From contig OZ287750.1 of assembly GCA_965649765.1 (NCBI GenBank), positions 21,762,001 to 21,826,000 on the forward strand: 64,000 nt of DNA, read 5' to 3'. This stretch comes from Bispira polyomma. Its lineage: Eukaryota. This document shows positions 36,364 to 50,438 of the stretch, piece by piece; position 1 is the stretch's first letter; each line of letters begins with the position of its first letter. A model generated the notes under the pieces. The model had not been told where the DNA came from and did no database searches. It saw only the letters and a list, made by a program, of their open reading frames with translations. A program made the translations under genes and the position numbers.

Positions 36364-37027
36364 ATCAAAACCAATCAAATTGCTAGAGACAAACATTTAC
36401 AAGAATTTTGGTGACTAAACCACTGAGTCCAGAATTTACCGGTAAACAAAAAAATAACAACATGGCTGCCACAATTTGAACCTGGAAGGGAACAAGAATT
36501 TTAAAATTGCTTTAAACATCTATTAAAATGTCAACGTTCCCTTAAGTCTTATTGTGTGGAAAAATACAGTAAATACCATGAACCCACTAAACAGTCAGTT
36601 CCAAACACGTACTACTCTTTATCAACACAATATGATCTGAGTTTACAAGGAGGACTTTCTCTTCGCACCCAAACCCTAATAATAATGTCTGTTCACGTCT
36701 AATCCTATCTATTATCTAAAAATAATACGTGGCAGTCCCAGAATAACAGAATAACATCCCAATTGGTTGAAAACGATGACAGACTGAGCAGACCATTGAT
36801 CATTGTGACATGAGCCGATCTCACCCCCTTGAGTGCTATACTTGAGCCTGTCACATGTATTACTACGCCACGTGGCCCACACCGCTGACAGATGGAAAAA
36901 CAGTGGTCTATACTGTGGGTTGTTCCTACACAAGACAAGAACAGCCACAATCTGAGCAGTTCACTGACTGTTGGGGATCAGAAAATTGAGTTATAGAGAA
37001 ATTTAACTTATTTTTTTTTTTATTTTC

Positions 37028-37136
37028 GGGGCCTTATTCACAAAGGAACTTAGCCAGGTCTTAGGCTTAAATCTAGCACAAAAGTATACTGATTTAAGCC
37101 TAAGACTTGGCTAAGTCCCTTCATGAATACTGCCCC
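37028..37136. mobile_element. Fold-back (palindromic) MITE; relatives at about 18087-18238 and 41046
   Basis: GGGGCCTTATTCACAAAGGAACTTAGCCAGGTCTTAGGCTTAAATC mirrors GATTTAAGCCTAAGACTTGGCTAAGTCCCTTCATGAATACTGCCCC. Confidence 0.8.
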
Positions 37137-38704
37137 TGATAAGCACTGATAAGGAAGTACCTAGCTACTGGGGCAACTAGTTCTGAAGCTTAGAATGGTC
37201 CGGGAGTCCGATCGGCAATTTGCTCCCTACCGGACAGCCAGAAAAAAAGCCCTCGGAGATCTGAATTTCAGAACTACTGGGGCAACTTCCAGACAAGAAA
37301 ATGTAAATAGCAGAGATGCAAAATTTGAAATATTGCTGGTTCTAGTTAGAGAGAGAAGTCTAGTGCATTAACAAAAACCAGTTATACACATTTGAAATCT
37401 CAAAAATTTACTTTTTGGATAATATTTGTGGACAACTACTTTTGTGAACAATGATATTCCTGCTAAAATTGCATTGTATTCGAATACCCTAATGTTTTCA
37501 CTACAGAAGTCATTCACTTTTATTTTACAAACTTGGCTTGCAAAGAGAGTTTGAGTCCTTTATGCCTCTGTACACAAATCTACAACTCTTGAAACTAGCT
37601 TTGCTGAACAAACAGGACTAAAAATGTTTGCATAGATTTATATTTTTTCATTTTTGTTTTGTATTAAGACATTTCATTGGTTTGGTCAATCTCTATGAAG
37701 CAATTTGATTGGCTAAAACTGATAAACAGTCTAAAAATAGAAACTCTTGCGAAAAAGTTTATTTGTGAATAGGCCTCCCACTTGCAAACAGTCAAATATC
37801 CCTTATTGCGATTGTATGTATTTATTACACAAACAAATATGGCCTGATTTAATTATGATGCATTAAATGACAAACTATTAAAATTAGAAATCTTTAGACA
37901 ATGAAAAGACTTATACCATGGAACAAATACAGATGTAGATGTTTGAATTGAGAACAATTTGAATCAAGACAACAATGAGCCATGGGGTTATTTTTACCCA
38001 GTATTTGATTCCTATCTCTGGTTTCAGTAACAATTAGCACTGAATATTGTCATACCTTTGCTATTGTTTTTATACCGATACTTAAAACCACATCTCTTCA
38101 ATTTTGCTTTTATGCCATAGTTTGTTTTTTTTTGGTGAACCAACCTTGGGTAACCTACCATATTACACCAAATGACTTGGATGCCTCTAATTATAGTTCA
38201 GAATATTATGCCTTTGAATTGATTAGAGTCAAATTTAAGCATTTAAGAGTTTGAATAAAAAGGTACGAAATTAATTGCCCTTAAGATAGCATATGTACAT
38301 ATGGTAAAATGCACTAGTAATACTACCTTATAGTGTATTTAATTACATATCCTTATTGGAAACTGTACTATGATGGTAACTGGGTCCCACCTCTTAGCAC
38401 CAATAAATAGTGTATTTCAGGGAAAGTCCATGTTAGACCTTGGTTAAAGAGTGATGTTTTTGCACTTGTGTGAAGAAGGATAGCATAATAGGTCAATTAG
38501 GAAGAATTTTGAAGGCAATCCAAGCAGAGGGGCAGATCATCCAGGAATTAGATTTTTGGCACTGAGGTCTGTGCTTCCCTTCTAGTTGATGTAACTGAAA
38601 AGTAAACAATCTATCAAAAAACTGACTTTGTTTGCATTTAACAACCAAAACACAATATAATAAAAAAACAAACAAAAGCAAACCAATATATTAAACAGGC
38701 TTAC

Positions 38705-38749
38705 CTGTAAAAGGCCATATTTGATTTCTACTTGGAGGAAACTGTGGTC
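38705..38749 (-). CDS. SCYL2: SCYL2-type exon, 45 bp: DHSFLQVEIKYGLLQ
   Basis: tttcag|...|gtaagc, phase 0-0. EIKYGLLQ is a conserved SCYL2 motif. Confidence 0.92.
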
Positions 38750-38949
38750 CTGAAATTGAAAGAAAAAAGCTATAGATTGTATTTTTGAAATCTGAAAAAA
38801 GTTTTACCTTTGCAATGGAAAAAAATTAAATATATCCTTAAATGTTAATTATACATAATAGGGAATTACAAAATATCAGGGTTAAAAGTTGCTGCAAACA
38901 GCAGATGATGACTATTTAATTGTTATACAACTCTATCAGTTGTAAAATA

Positions 38950-39742
38950 CCCAAATTGACCTTTATGACTGACCCCAATTTGAACTTGAACTCAAGGTCA
39001 TAGGTCAAATTTGACCAGTGCATTAGATTGCCTGACTCTGGCTTCCTATAGGCTCACAATTCATTCAAAATCACTAAACTCAATATGATATAAAGCAAAA
39101 ACATGGGAAGTGACTCTTTTGGGGCCAGAAAAGTGACCTTGAAACAGATCTGTATGGTTAAAAATCTTACTAGTAAGGATACTGAGCACTATCACAATAT
39201 AATAAAAAAGTTTGGTGGCACATTACAAGTGATACTTTTTGAGATATGACACAGAATACTGGAAATCAAGCTTCTTGACCCCAGTTTGACCTTAAAGCCA
39301 AGGTGGTAGGTCAAATCTGACCAGTACATTAGATTGCCTGACCCTGGTTTCCTATAGACTCACAACACACTTCAAGTCTTTAAACTCAATAGGTAATGAT
39401 ATATTTTACATTTTATAAATCTAAACAAAAAATTTAAAAAATATGTAAAATTCAAAATCTTAAAACTAAAAATCTACGAAAAATGCCAGGAACAAATTTT
39501 AATATACATGTATGCAAAATTACTGTGGTTCTGGAAAAGAAGATTGTCTGTACAGTCAAGGTAGGAAAAATTTTAAAAAAATTTGTAGAGCCAAGTAATG
39601 GCCGGATCCAATTTTTCATCTTTGGGCCCCGAGGAACCTACAAAAAAATCAGAAGTCTGTAGATGCTTTTGTAAATTGTTGATGCAGATGCGTACCCAGA
39701 CCCATGGTAATTATTCAGCAACTTCGTCAGCTGACTTAATAA
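38950..39742. mobile_element. Probable HINE-like element with an internal direct repeat
   Basis: TGACCTT/AAGGTCA-rich block at 38970-39090 repeated at 39277-39392. Confidence 0.5.
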
Positions 39743-40789
39743 CCAGTTACATTTAAAGAAGAAACTTAAAAAATCCCACCAAGTGAACAAAAAAACAGCA
39801 AAACTTTCTGCTATTTAAATTTCAGTAAAAACCCGAGAATATTTGGCTGGCTTTACGAGCTGTCAAGTGCTGTCAAACTGATACTAATTACCAGCCAGCC
39901 ATAAAGTGTACTGTGAGTTGGTGTGAGCCACACTCACTTTGGTCCTTGTTAACAACTCTCAGGAGACAGACAGGAAGGTGGGGGGGGGGGGGAATGGGGG
40001 TGTAGAGGGGTGTGTGTGGCAAGGGTTGTTAGAAGAAGTGTCATCCAGAAACTCACTCGAACAAACACATTATGAAATACATCCTAATTTATACTTTTTA
40101 CACTCGAAAAACAGTACACTTATTGATCCAATAATCACGACATAAGGATGATATATTAACCCTTTTGACCCCTAGATTATCGGCAAGCAGTCGACGGATA
40201 TTGTTACGCCCATGACCTATATGTCTATCGACAGGCAGTCACCATGCCAAAAATATTATTATTCTCCTTTAGTTCCTCGCAGTAGTAAATTGTTAGTCCA
40301 GCAGATTCCCCTGTTTTTAAAAATTATGCGGGACGTCAATATCTAATGTTGGAAGGTAGCAAAACACAGTTTTAAGGCATAACTTTTTTTTTTTGTGGTC
40401 CCATTTTCATAATTATTTCACTATTTTGTTCACAGTGCACATGGCAACCCCAGAAATGGGACAAAAGTGATGTGGGAACAATTGTATTAAAAAGAAGCAT
40501 ATAGTATTTTTGGCCATTATTACATCTATCTAACATCCAATGTTAATGGGTTAATACATAAAAGATCTACTTCTAACATACATGTAAGAGAGGTGAACCC
40601 AAGGTTATCAGTTATATCTTAAAGCCACATATTTTGATACCCCATAAAGCCCAACTTATGTTACACAGCAGTAAATATTTCTTACAACTTCTACCACATG
40701 CACATTAGGGCATAGAAACACTCTAAAGAAATATGTATAATGGAGCGGAAAGTTTTATGAGTACAGATGTGTGTATAGAATTTTAATTT

Positions 40790-41003
40790 AGTTTGGTTTT
40801 ATGTCGTTTTCAACAGCTCTGGTCACACTAGATTTAATAGCAGAAGTAAAAAGTGCTGTAGCAATGGAAACCACCCACCTATGGCAAGTTAACCTGACAA
40901 ATATTTTTTCCCACATAAAGAAATAAACAAGATTTGAACCCATATTGGTGAGAGGCTAGTGATTATGAAGCTAACGCTTCTAACCACTAGGCCAACCCAA
41001 CCC
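40790..41003 (-). mobile_element. tRNA-derived SINE (diverged)
   Basis: CTAACCACTAGGCCA (A box complement) and GATTTGAACC (B box complement); shares head sequence with 16287-16499. Confidence 0.75.
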
Positions 41004-41414
41004 CTATATTCTGTGTTTGGAAGCAGTGCCTTTAAAAAGTTTAATGGGCCGTATTCACGAAGGGACTTGGCCAGATAAATATTTAGGCTCAAAAATGAGC
41101 ATCTCAGTCCAAACACACACATACACACACAGAAGGAGTACTAATGAAATCTAGACACCCATTACTTTTACACAAGTACATTGTATCGACTAAACCCAGT
41201 TTGACACAAATGTGAACTAGTTTGTCACACGAGGGCGGTCCTGAAGTTGTGGGATTATCTCCTATTTGTAGTGAGGTTCTGTCTAGAATTGACACATTTT
41301 ATCACATTAGTGGTGTGTATGTGTAAAACCAAGGCTTAGCTACACAGACAGTTGTTCATATCTTGCTCAATGTATCACTGACTGCACTCAGCTACATTTG
41401 TTTTTGTTGTAATA

Positions 41415-41929
41415 CAATAGAACCTCTATTATCCAAACTTCTAGTATCTAAATGTTCAGGTTTTATGAAATTCAGTTTTTACTCTCCCCAAATTTGTATT
41501 ATTTTTTCTATTGTTTTCTAAATTCTAACAGGAGACGGCTGTGTCAGCGATTCTGATTGGCTGAATGTTACGGTAAAATTCTCCATATACACATAAGACT
41601 AATTTTTGTCTGTAGTGTACTTGGATATTGTTCCTTCAATAATGTGATTTTGCAATGAATACAGCAGTTATCAGGTAATTATTTTAATTTGTCCTCTTAA
41701 AATCGGAATAAAACATTCCAAACCTATGATATACAGTGATTTTTACCACTCTAGGAGTTTCACCCTTCGTGTTACTACGCCTCCAATTGTTGTAAAAATT
41801 ACCGCATATCATGGTTTGTCAGTTGTTGTATCTTAAGTACCTCTACTATATACTATATTTTTTGGGAGATTCTATTATCCAAACAGATTCACACTCTCCC
41901 ATCATGTTTGGATAACAAAGGTTCTACTG
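41415..41929. mobile_element. Family A MITE carrying a ~320-bp nested insertion
   Basis: The MITE halves (41415-41520 and ~41840-41929) flank unrelated sequence. Confidence 0.6.
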
Positions 41930-42049
41930 TGTCTGATTTACTCATTTTACAATGCGTTATGTAACTCACTACTATATAGAATTGGAAAGGGTCAAATAAA
42001 CAAGCTACAGAGAATACAAAATAACCTGTGAAGAATAATAATCCATGCT

Positions 42050-42525
42050 GGCCCTAACACTCACACAACTCCCCTGCTTAAACAATTACATTGGCTACCT
42101 ATTGAGTTTCGCATTAAATTTAAGGTAATTGTCCTCATTTTTTAGACAGTCCATGTACATCAACCTGCTTACTTATCATCTATGCTGTCTCTCAGCAATC
42201 TCACCAGAGGCAATCGTCTCTCCATCTCTGGTGTCCTACCCAAAAAATTAGCTGGTTCAAAATCATTCTTATAGTTGCAGCACCTGCTGAGTGGAATAGC
42301 CTCCCTACCAGATTCCGGACTGAGACAAGCATCACAGGTTTCAGGAAAAAGCTCAAAACACATCTGTATCAACTCGCTTTCCCACCCTAGCGTTCATCTG
42401 ATGGTCACCACTGAATCTCTTAGATCACGAACCTTTTTCCGTCTACCGGACTATGCTTTTGCACACTTACTAGGATATGCCTGGTCATCGATTGTGGCGC
42501 TATAGAAGTAAAAACATTAACATTA
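42050..42525 (+). mobile_element. L2/CR1-clade LINE 3' end
   Basis: HTTPLLKQLHWLPIEFRIKFK and AAPAEWNSLP..FRKKLKTHLY, then a GCGCTATAGAAG tail and short ACATTA repeats. Confidence 0.85.
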
Positions 42526-43462
42526 TGGTGACAATTATTGGAGCTGCATGATTGTTAACTAATTCTAGTGGTTGATAACCATTCAAAGCCTGTAGTCATG
42601 GGTAATAGATATACTCAGATTGAATCTGGATCCTACATTCAAAAAGAACTACAAAGTTTTTAATTAGGTACAAATACAAGTCAGCCATAACATAAGTAGA
42701 ACAGAATCCTGTGGATAATTGACATTTTGACTTTTACACTGTATATACTGTATACATTTTAAAAAATTTTAGTGGCAAAGTTTGTATTACTCGGCTCATA
42801 AAAAGTTTCTGCCCCTTTGGCAAAAGCATATGGAGAAAACCGCACTTTTGGATCCTAGTGTAATGGTTGTCAGTATTTTTGGATCAATGTGTACGTGGCA
42901 CCGCCCCCCCCCCACCCCCCACCCCCACCCCGTGTGTCTGACTGACAAGGCTCCACTTAAGACCAAGTATTATAAATTATTCCTGTAAACTTCTTTTTTT
43001 CAGCCAGGGCAAAACGTCTGAGGTGTGTGTTTTCACAGCAAACATTTAATATCCCCAGTAAAGACGTTTATTAATTTTGTGAGAAAACATTAGAATCAAT
43101 CTTTTTTTGGGAGAGGGTTATAAGTGATGAGAGAAAAAATAACTATGCAAATCTTCGAATGTTTTTCTCTGTGTAGAACATAAAAACAACAGAAATTCTG
43201 TGTCAAAAATTATATTAAAGATGCACTTTGCAACGAGACTCATAGCATCTAAATCATTTTATTAGAATTGACACCATTTTGTTGTTACTGTTACTTTTAT
43301 TTTGCTTATATAATAATAAAAAAGCTGTCCCACTAGCATTTGATTCTATTTTTCTAGCAACTTTTGACTTATACCTACTTTAGAGGTAGCATTCTGAAGT
43401 ACTCGGATCATAAAATAGGTTTGAGTTATGCATAAATCTGACTTACACTGGTTCTACTTATA

Positions 43463-43642
43463 TAGTAGAACCTTTATAATCCAAACTTATATTATCCAAA
43501 TATCCAATTTTATGAACACTCTGAAATTTATGTTTTCCTTAATTGTTTTATACAGCATTGCATCTTCCATTTGATGAGCCTTCTATTATCCAAACAAATT
43601 CCTCCATTCCGAACATGTTCGGATAATAGAGGTTCCAGACTG
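43463..43642. mobile_element. Family A MITE
   Basis: AGTAGAACCTTTATAATCC ... GGATAATAGAGGTTCCAGACTG-TA. Confidence 0.7.
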
Positions 43643-43764
43643 TACCAACTAATGTGTAGTATCACCTGTATATTCAGTTCTATGAACTATGTCCATCCCT
43701 CATGTTACATTGGCTGTTTAACTGTGATTATCTGAACAAATATTCCCTTATCAGCATTTATTTA

Positions 43765-43985
43765 GTTGGGATTTGTGTTGCTTTCAACAGCTTAGGTCAT
43801 ATCACTATGGCCAGATTGAATGGTGGAAGAAACAAGTGCTGAAGCCACTGTGTAAACCACTGACCAACGGCAAGTACCCAATAAATGTTCCCACTTGAAG
43901 GAACAAATAGGATTCGAGCTTACATTGGTGAGAGACCAGTGATTGTGAAACAGTCCCATCTGACCACTAGACCACTGCGACACCT
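43765..43985 (-). mobile_element. tRNA-derived SINE
   Basis: GACCACTAGACCA and GGATTCGAGC box complements; GAGAGACCAGTGATTGTGAA is shared with 16287-16499. Confidence 0.75.
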
Positions 43986-46900
43986 CTTTTCAATAAGTTC
44001 TGTTTGGGGTTGAACATATTTTATTCACAATTAGGCAAAAAAATCGGAAAATACAATTATACAATACCTTTTTGCAATGAGATATTTACAAAATGAAGTT
44101 AATGGATGACAAAGGGTGATGAGGATGATAATTATGGTAGAAGGCTGGCGTGTGGTGAAAAAGAGTCCATTTCAAAGCGTTTGATTCGTCTTAGAAAGTG
44201 CGGACTACTTCAAATATAAATGTGAAAATAATATAAATTTGCATATATATAGGGCTTTCTTTAAAAGCACTGTACATAGTTTACACCTCCAGCCTAGGTT
44301 CTTCTACTTGTCAACCAATTGTTCACTCTCAGCTTCCTAAGGAAGAATAATAGCCATGCTGCCACATATGGCGCACAGACTAATACCCGTCAGCAGGCAG
44401 GTATTTTTGTGTTTATCATGATTTAGGCTGCAACTACCAGATGAAATAAAAGCTAATGTTAATTGAGTATTGACTAAAGCCATAACATAACTTATTACAA
44501 GTTCAATCTCCATATCATTATATACATTGGAGTAACAAAGAAGTCAAGTCCATGATCTTCAATAGGGTAGGGATTCATCATTTCAGTAAGTTCTGATAAT
44601 GGAAGGTCTATGGTCAAGCACATGTAGCTGTTTAATTAACTAGATAAATACCCCCCCCCCCCCCCAGTAATAAAGTACTGCTACAGGAAATGATTTCCAT
44701 CTGCTCATCAAAGCAGTACATTGCATAGTGTGTGTCACCAAATTGGCGTAGGGGAGGTCATCAGTATCCCATAAAGATGTCAGATAAATGTCCTCACACC
44801 CTAATAGGTCTCCATCAAGTCAAAATACCACTGCATTGCCTTAAAGGAGTCTGCTGTTTGTCTAACCTATGATGTGTCTTTGATGTTGTTATCTTCCGGA
44901 GTCCAAAAAATATAAAAATTGCAAAAAACACAACCATATTTACATACATATGAAAGCAAGGTTGTTCTCACTGAACATATAGGAGTGTATAAAATCCTAC
45001 AACTGATGATGGTAATATGGATATTTAATGTTTTTTAATGTGTCCAATTAATGCCAGCAATCTTCAAAAGTACAACAATATTGACAGTGTGGTGACAAGG
45101 TATAGTCCCACAACAAAGCATTTAAATGATCATCAGTGGACAGTGTCAGTCAATGGATGTTATCTGCCAGCAATCATTATGACGTTACCAGTCAAAATAG
45201 GGACCTTTCTGATCACCATGTAGACTTAAAAGCCTTTTTCCAGGCATCAAACCAGGGACTTTCTGAATACCAAACGACCATAGCCCCATGGCCATAGAAG
45301 ATCACAGCAATTACAACAAAAAAACATTTAACTCCTAACTTGTACCACAGGAAACTATAAATTTTAAACTACTAACATGTACCTTTGTACTAATATGTAT
45401 CGCAGGAAGTTGTAAACATACAGAATGATGTGGATTATTAGCTGTCAATTCTGCTGTGGCTGTCTGACATATTAAGCGGCTAATACCTAGGTCTCAGAAA
45501 GATGAACCAGTGAGATGGGAGACGAGAATAAGGTATATTTGTGGACCAAAGCCCACGAACCAGGATTTGCTAGATGCAATGAATACTGACGAAAGTTTGT
45601 CTATACAAGAATGGGCAAAAATCAAGTCTTTTTTTGTTTAGCTAGGACAATAGGTTTGGTGGTCCCCATTTCGACCAGGTACATTAGTGGCTGAATTTTG
45701 TCTAATAAGAACCACAGTCTAATTCAGGTTAACCATTGTCTATTTGAATGTGTAATTCACTTATCATTCGGTCGATATCTACAGTAAAACCTCTATTATC
45801 CAAACTTCTGTTACCAAATTATATCAACATTTTATTGACTCATTTCTAGTAGTCTCTCAAATTGATGTTTTCCTATTGTTTATAGAGTACCAGTCTTGTA
45901 TATACATCTACTGCATCTTTAAGCAAAAAACCCACACAACGTCAAATTCCATGGGGAAAAACAAAATGAGCAGTAGAAGTTTTATGACAAACCCCAGAGG
46001 CTGCATAAATTGTGGAGATAAAGCATGTTACCCCCTCCAGAAATATGATTGAGAAAAGCTCAATAAGGGTTTTTTAGATAATCACTGCCAGTAAGGAACT
46101 GTGGGTTTGTGATACTAAAAGGCCATATCTAATTGTACTTCATTTACAATTCCTCTGACTTGATCACACTTTATTGACAGAAAGATTGGCGGGAGGGAGT
46201 ATAAAAGAAACATTTTCATTTGCTGTTTTTCACTGGGTGTGACTGGTACGAGTCTTGTATACAAGTCAGTTTGGAAGGTTTCACAATCTCTAAACTTCAT
46301 TCACATGCGGCAAACCAACACGGCTTTCTTTAATAATTTGTACATAACATAGACTATTTTCATTGAGAAAAATTTTGAATGTATTTTTAGCTGAATATTG
46401 GTATTTTTTTGCGTGTGTATAAGGAAATTTGCTAGCATAATAAATTTATTTTCATTATGAAACTGGTTAGAATTATAAAAACAGTGAAAAGGCAAGTCAT
46501 TAAACTTTCCTATTAATTATCTGCACCAAATCTGAAGTTCCTGACAGTAGTTATTAAAAAGACATAAGTCTGCAAGGTCATTAATCCAAAGTTAAAATTT
46601 ATACCACAGAGCCCACCTTGCCGACAGACATCGGTAGTGGGAGTAACAAATTCTGTTGGTAGCTAACTAGTAACACAAAGTAACACATAACACAAAGTAA
46701 CACATAAACATTATGTGTATTTATAGAAGCTATTCACTTATGATAGTTTTTTTTTTTTACCTTTCTTATCAGCTTGTCCAATATTTTACAATCTCTCCCA
46801 TAACTCAAGCATTTCATTACAATATTGTGAAGAAAGGGTGCTGGAGTAATCTTTATAACACTTCAGAAAAACACAAAAAACGTCTTGTCCATGAGGTGAA

Positions 46901-47469
46901 TCTCTTAGAGAGAGTCATAAATCTATCAGTTTTTGTGATATTCTCTAAGTGATATCGCCCACATAAGCCTGAATATAAAATTATGTGGTATAAGAGCAGA
47001 TCAACCTCCACTGTTTTAAAGAAATATGAGTAAACTTGTCACCAAAACCAACTCAGCCTTTGTCTAACAAACGTTGTCACCACTTCTTCTCAAGTTCGCC
47101 ACCGAACAAATTTCCTTAATATTCTATTTTTATTTGTGTTCTCCACACCCATTTAACTGGCTCAAAAGCTTTTTATATCTTTGTTCAATAATGTGTATTA
47201 TAGTGACCCACTAAGCCATGGTGGGATATAAATCTGATCTCTGTGGTGTATGGTCAAATCGTCACCACTACAAACTCAGCACCAACCAATTCATCGCCAA
47301 CCAAATCATCACCACTACAACCAACTTGGCACCAAACATAAATGCTGTATTTTAAAAATACAGTCAAACCTGCTCAAGTAGAACTCTATTGAGCCAATTT
47401 CCCTTTTATGTGTGGAAAAATTTGTGGTCCAGTAAAGCCATTTCTTACAGGTATTTCTACTGGTTCCTT

Positions 47470-48665
47470 GTAGTGGAGCTGCAGTGGAGAACGTTCTGGA
47501 TCCCGCCTTCCTGATTGGCCTGACCGAAGAGATGGAGAGTCTGTTGCCTCTATTGCTGTTACTGAAGGAGAGAAGGGAGGCAAGGTGGGGGGGGGGGGGG
47601 GGGTGCTGTTGAATGACTACAGCCTTAAAAGTGGTAACGTGAATCTTGAACAAAATTCGACAATGAATGGGCAACTAGTGTAATTTTTTGAGGTAAGGAG
47701 TGTCTGTGCGACAACCCAGGCAAAAAATGACCCTACACAGGTAGTTTTGGATGGACTGGAGCTTTTTAATGTGTGATTTGTTTGCTCTGTACAAGAGAGA
47801 GTTCCAGTAGTCGAGGCGGCTACTCACAAGGCATTTGCCACAGTTATCGCTGTGCCAATGGACAGGTGGTTTCTGATTCTTTTGATGTCACGTATATGGT
47901 AATAGCAGGAGCGACAGATGTTGGCAATATGAGTGTCGAACAAAATAGCTGAATCAAAAGTGACACCCAGGTTTTTGGCATTTTTGGAAGGTAGTATGTT
48001 TTTTCCCAGCAGGGAGATGGGAAACAAAGATTTTAGGAGTTCACTGTTTTTCCTGTTTCTTATGACGATGAATTCTGTTTTGTCCGGGTTAAGTTTTAGT
48101 TTTGAGTAGTTCATCCACGCCTGGACATCAGACAGAGAGTCTGCAAGTAGGTCTATGTTTGTATTTGCATTTTGTGGATTGAGAGAGAGATAGACTTAAG
48201 TGTTATCTGCATACATGTGGTGTTTTATATTATGTTTATTGATGACAGTGCTCAGAGGATGTGTATAAAGGGTGAAAAGTAGAGGGCCAAGGACTAATCC
48301 CTGGGTTCTCCATATTTTAGCTTTATGGAAGATGAAAGGTCATCATCTAATTTAATTCTTTGTGCCCTAAGAGTAAGGTAGGATCTGATCCATTTAAGGA
48401 CACTGCCATTTATACCAAACCACTGTTTGAGAGTGTTGCAGAGCAAGACATGATCAATAGTGTCGAATGCAGCTGAGAGATGCAGAAGGGTGAGGGCCAC
48501 TGCGTCGTTACGGTCCAGTGCAAGATTGATATCATTGCTGATGGACAAAAGGGCACTTTCTGTAGAGTGGAATTTTCTGTAAGCAGACTGGTGGCGATTT
48601 TCAATGTTTTGTTTATTAAGGTGGCAGTTTACTCATATTTCTTTAAATGCCGTCAGTTGCTAGCC
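47470..48665 (-). pseudogene. L2/CR1-clade LINE ORF2 fragment (reverse transcriptase, decayed)
   Basis: [58 protein letters not shown], with frameshifts and stops. Confidence 0.92.
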
Positions 48666-48854
48666 GATCACCTAGGGGTATTTTAGTTCTGGATTACTTG
48701 TACAAGTGTTTCTAGTAGACGTATATGGATTAAAAGTATGCTGCTTAAACAGACTATAACTCTGATGTAATGATTTTTTGTTAGGGGAGGGGGATCAATA
48801 GGGGTGATACATGATTAGAAAACCAACAATTACACTTAATGTGAGACACAGTAC

Positions 48855-48954
48855 CTTCATTTTCTGAGGTACACTGGCCGCTATCCGGTCATGGTTTCCT
48901 AGGAGATTGGCCAGACTTCCCATCACAGGCTCAGTGACAAAGGCAATACTGTCG
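48855..48954 (-). CDS. SCYL2: SCYL2-type exon, 100 bp: (N)DSIAFVTEPVMGSLANLLGNHDRIAASVPQKMK
   Basis: ttacag|...|gtactg, phase 2-0. AFxTEPVxxSLANxLG motif; phases match both neighbouring exons. Confidence 0.92.
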
Positions 48955-49686
48955 CTGTAATAACCATGACAAGGTTTTAAATACAGGTAATTACTAATAA
49001 GAATAACATGGGTTAAAAGATAATACTATCACTGCAATGATGTCAGCAGAGGTTAAAACAAAGGCAATACTGTCGCTGTAACAAGACAGACAGCCCTGCA
49101 AGATGGACACTAGTTGGAGCAAGAAAACCTCGATGCCTCCAGACAACCTGGCAAAAATCTGCTGAAGCAAAACTTAGCAGAGGCCAACCTCCTATGGTGT
49201 GCATCTTGCTGTACAAGACTGATCCAGATAGTCAGAGTAAGTACCGTAGTTTCTGTAATAATGGCCTCCTCTCTAATTATAGCCCCATTCCCCCTTTAAA
49301 GAGATATTTGGATTACAAAATGCCATTATTTCAGCAGGTATTACAATAAATGTAATTGGAAATTGTTATCTCTCTTTCAGCCACATGTCACAATAGTCAT
49401 TTGTGTTAGATACTGGTATAATATAAAATAGATCAGCATGTTAAATTTTGTTGCCTACGGTTAAGCATAGAGACATTTTGCAGAGAATTTAATTGTTTTA
49501 TACATATTACAATGATTTTTTAAACATTATATAACACAGCCATATTGTTTTCTTTGAGAATGACAATGGCAAAGCCCCTTTTTCAAAATGGCATCTGGTG
49601 AGGATATTCTACAATTCAACACCTGCCCATAAGTTTTAAACGCTGAATTTATGTAGTAAGAATGTGACTCTGGGGCAGCTACTTAC

Positions 49687-49847
49687 TTGGTTTCTTCTAG
49701 AGGATGTAAGACCTTCAGAATTTTGGGATGTTTCAGCCTGTTTAACTGAGTGACCTCTTTTCTCAACACTTCAGCCACTTTCTCTCTGCGGCCTGGTTTG
49801 TGCAGTTTGTCTGCAATCTTCTTTTCAAAAAAGAAAATTGAGACATC
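49687..49847 (-). CDS. SCYL2: SCYL2-type exon, 161 bp: DVSIFFFEKKIADKLHKPGRREKVAEVLRKEVTQLNRLKHPKILKVLHPLEET
   Basis: tttttcag|...|gtaagt, phase 0-2. QLxRLxHPxILxVxHPLEE is characteristic of SCYL2. Confidence 0.93.
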
Positions 49848-50438
49848 CTGAAAAATAAAGAATTTGAATTATTTATTTGGGTTTATTACGTCGCTTGTCA
49901 CTATCTTTAATCATATTGTGACAGCTAGATTTATTGATAAAGGAATCCAGTACCAGGTTTTACAGAGGACACAGAAAATCTCCTTCCACTCTTAGGGTTG
50001 CTGAAGGAAAGATAAGTTGCAAGGCATAAGGGCTGTTGAGAAACAACAACAGCTTTGAAAGTAATGATATAGATTTTCAACACAATTCGATAGCGAAAGT
50101 GGCGCAACTATTGTGTACTTAAGCCCCAGTCACACTGCAGCTACAAGCTGCTGAAGAATGTAATTATAGCCAAGAACATTAAAGACTGTATAAGACCAAA
50201 TATCCAGGTCTTACAAATTCTTAATGCCAGTCACACAGGAATGTGGGTTGCTGATTATCGTACAACCAATCTTAAGATCATTGTAAGACCAGTCTGCAAA
50301 TATGGACAAGTTCAAATTTGTAAGGATTGGTCTTACGAATGTCTTGCGGATGTCTTGCAAATGTGTAAGATAACCAAAGACAGACTGCAGACAATCGTAA
50401 GTCCATGTCCAATGCTTTAAAGATCATCAAGATCATTG

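Noticed and set aside
44100-45300. Possible additional LINE reverse transcriptase remnant
   Set aside because: Only faint motif hints are visible; it is too degraded to support a call by eye.
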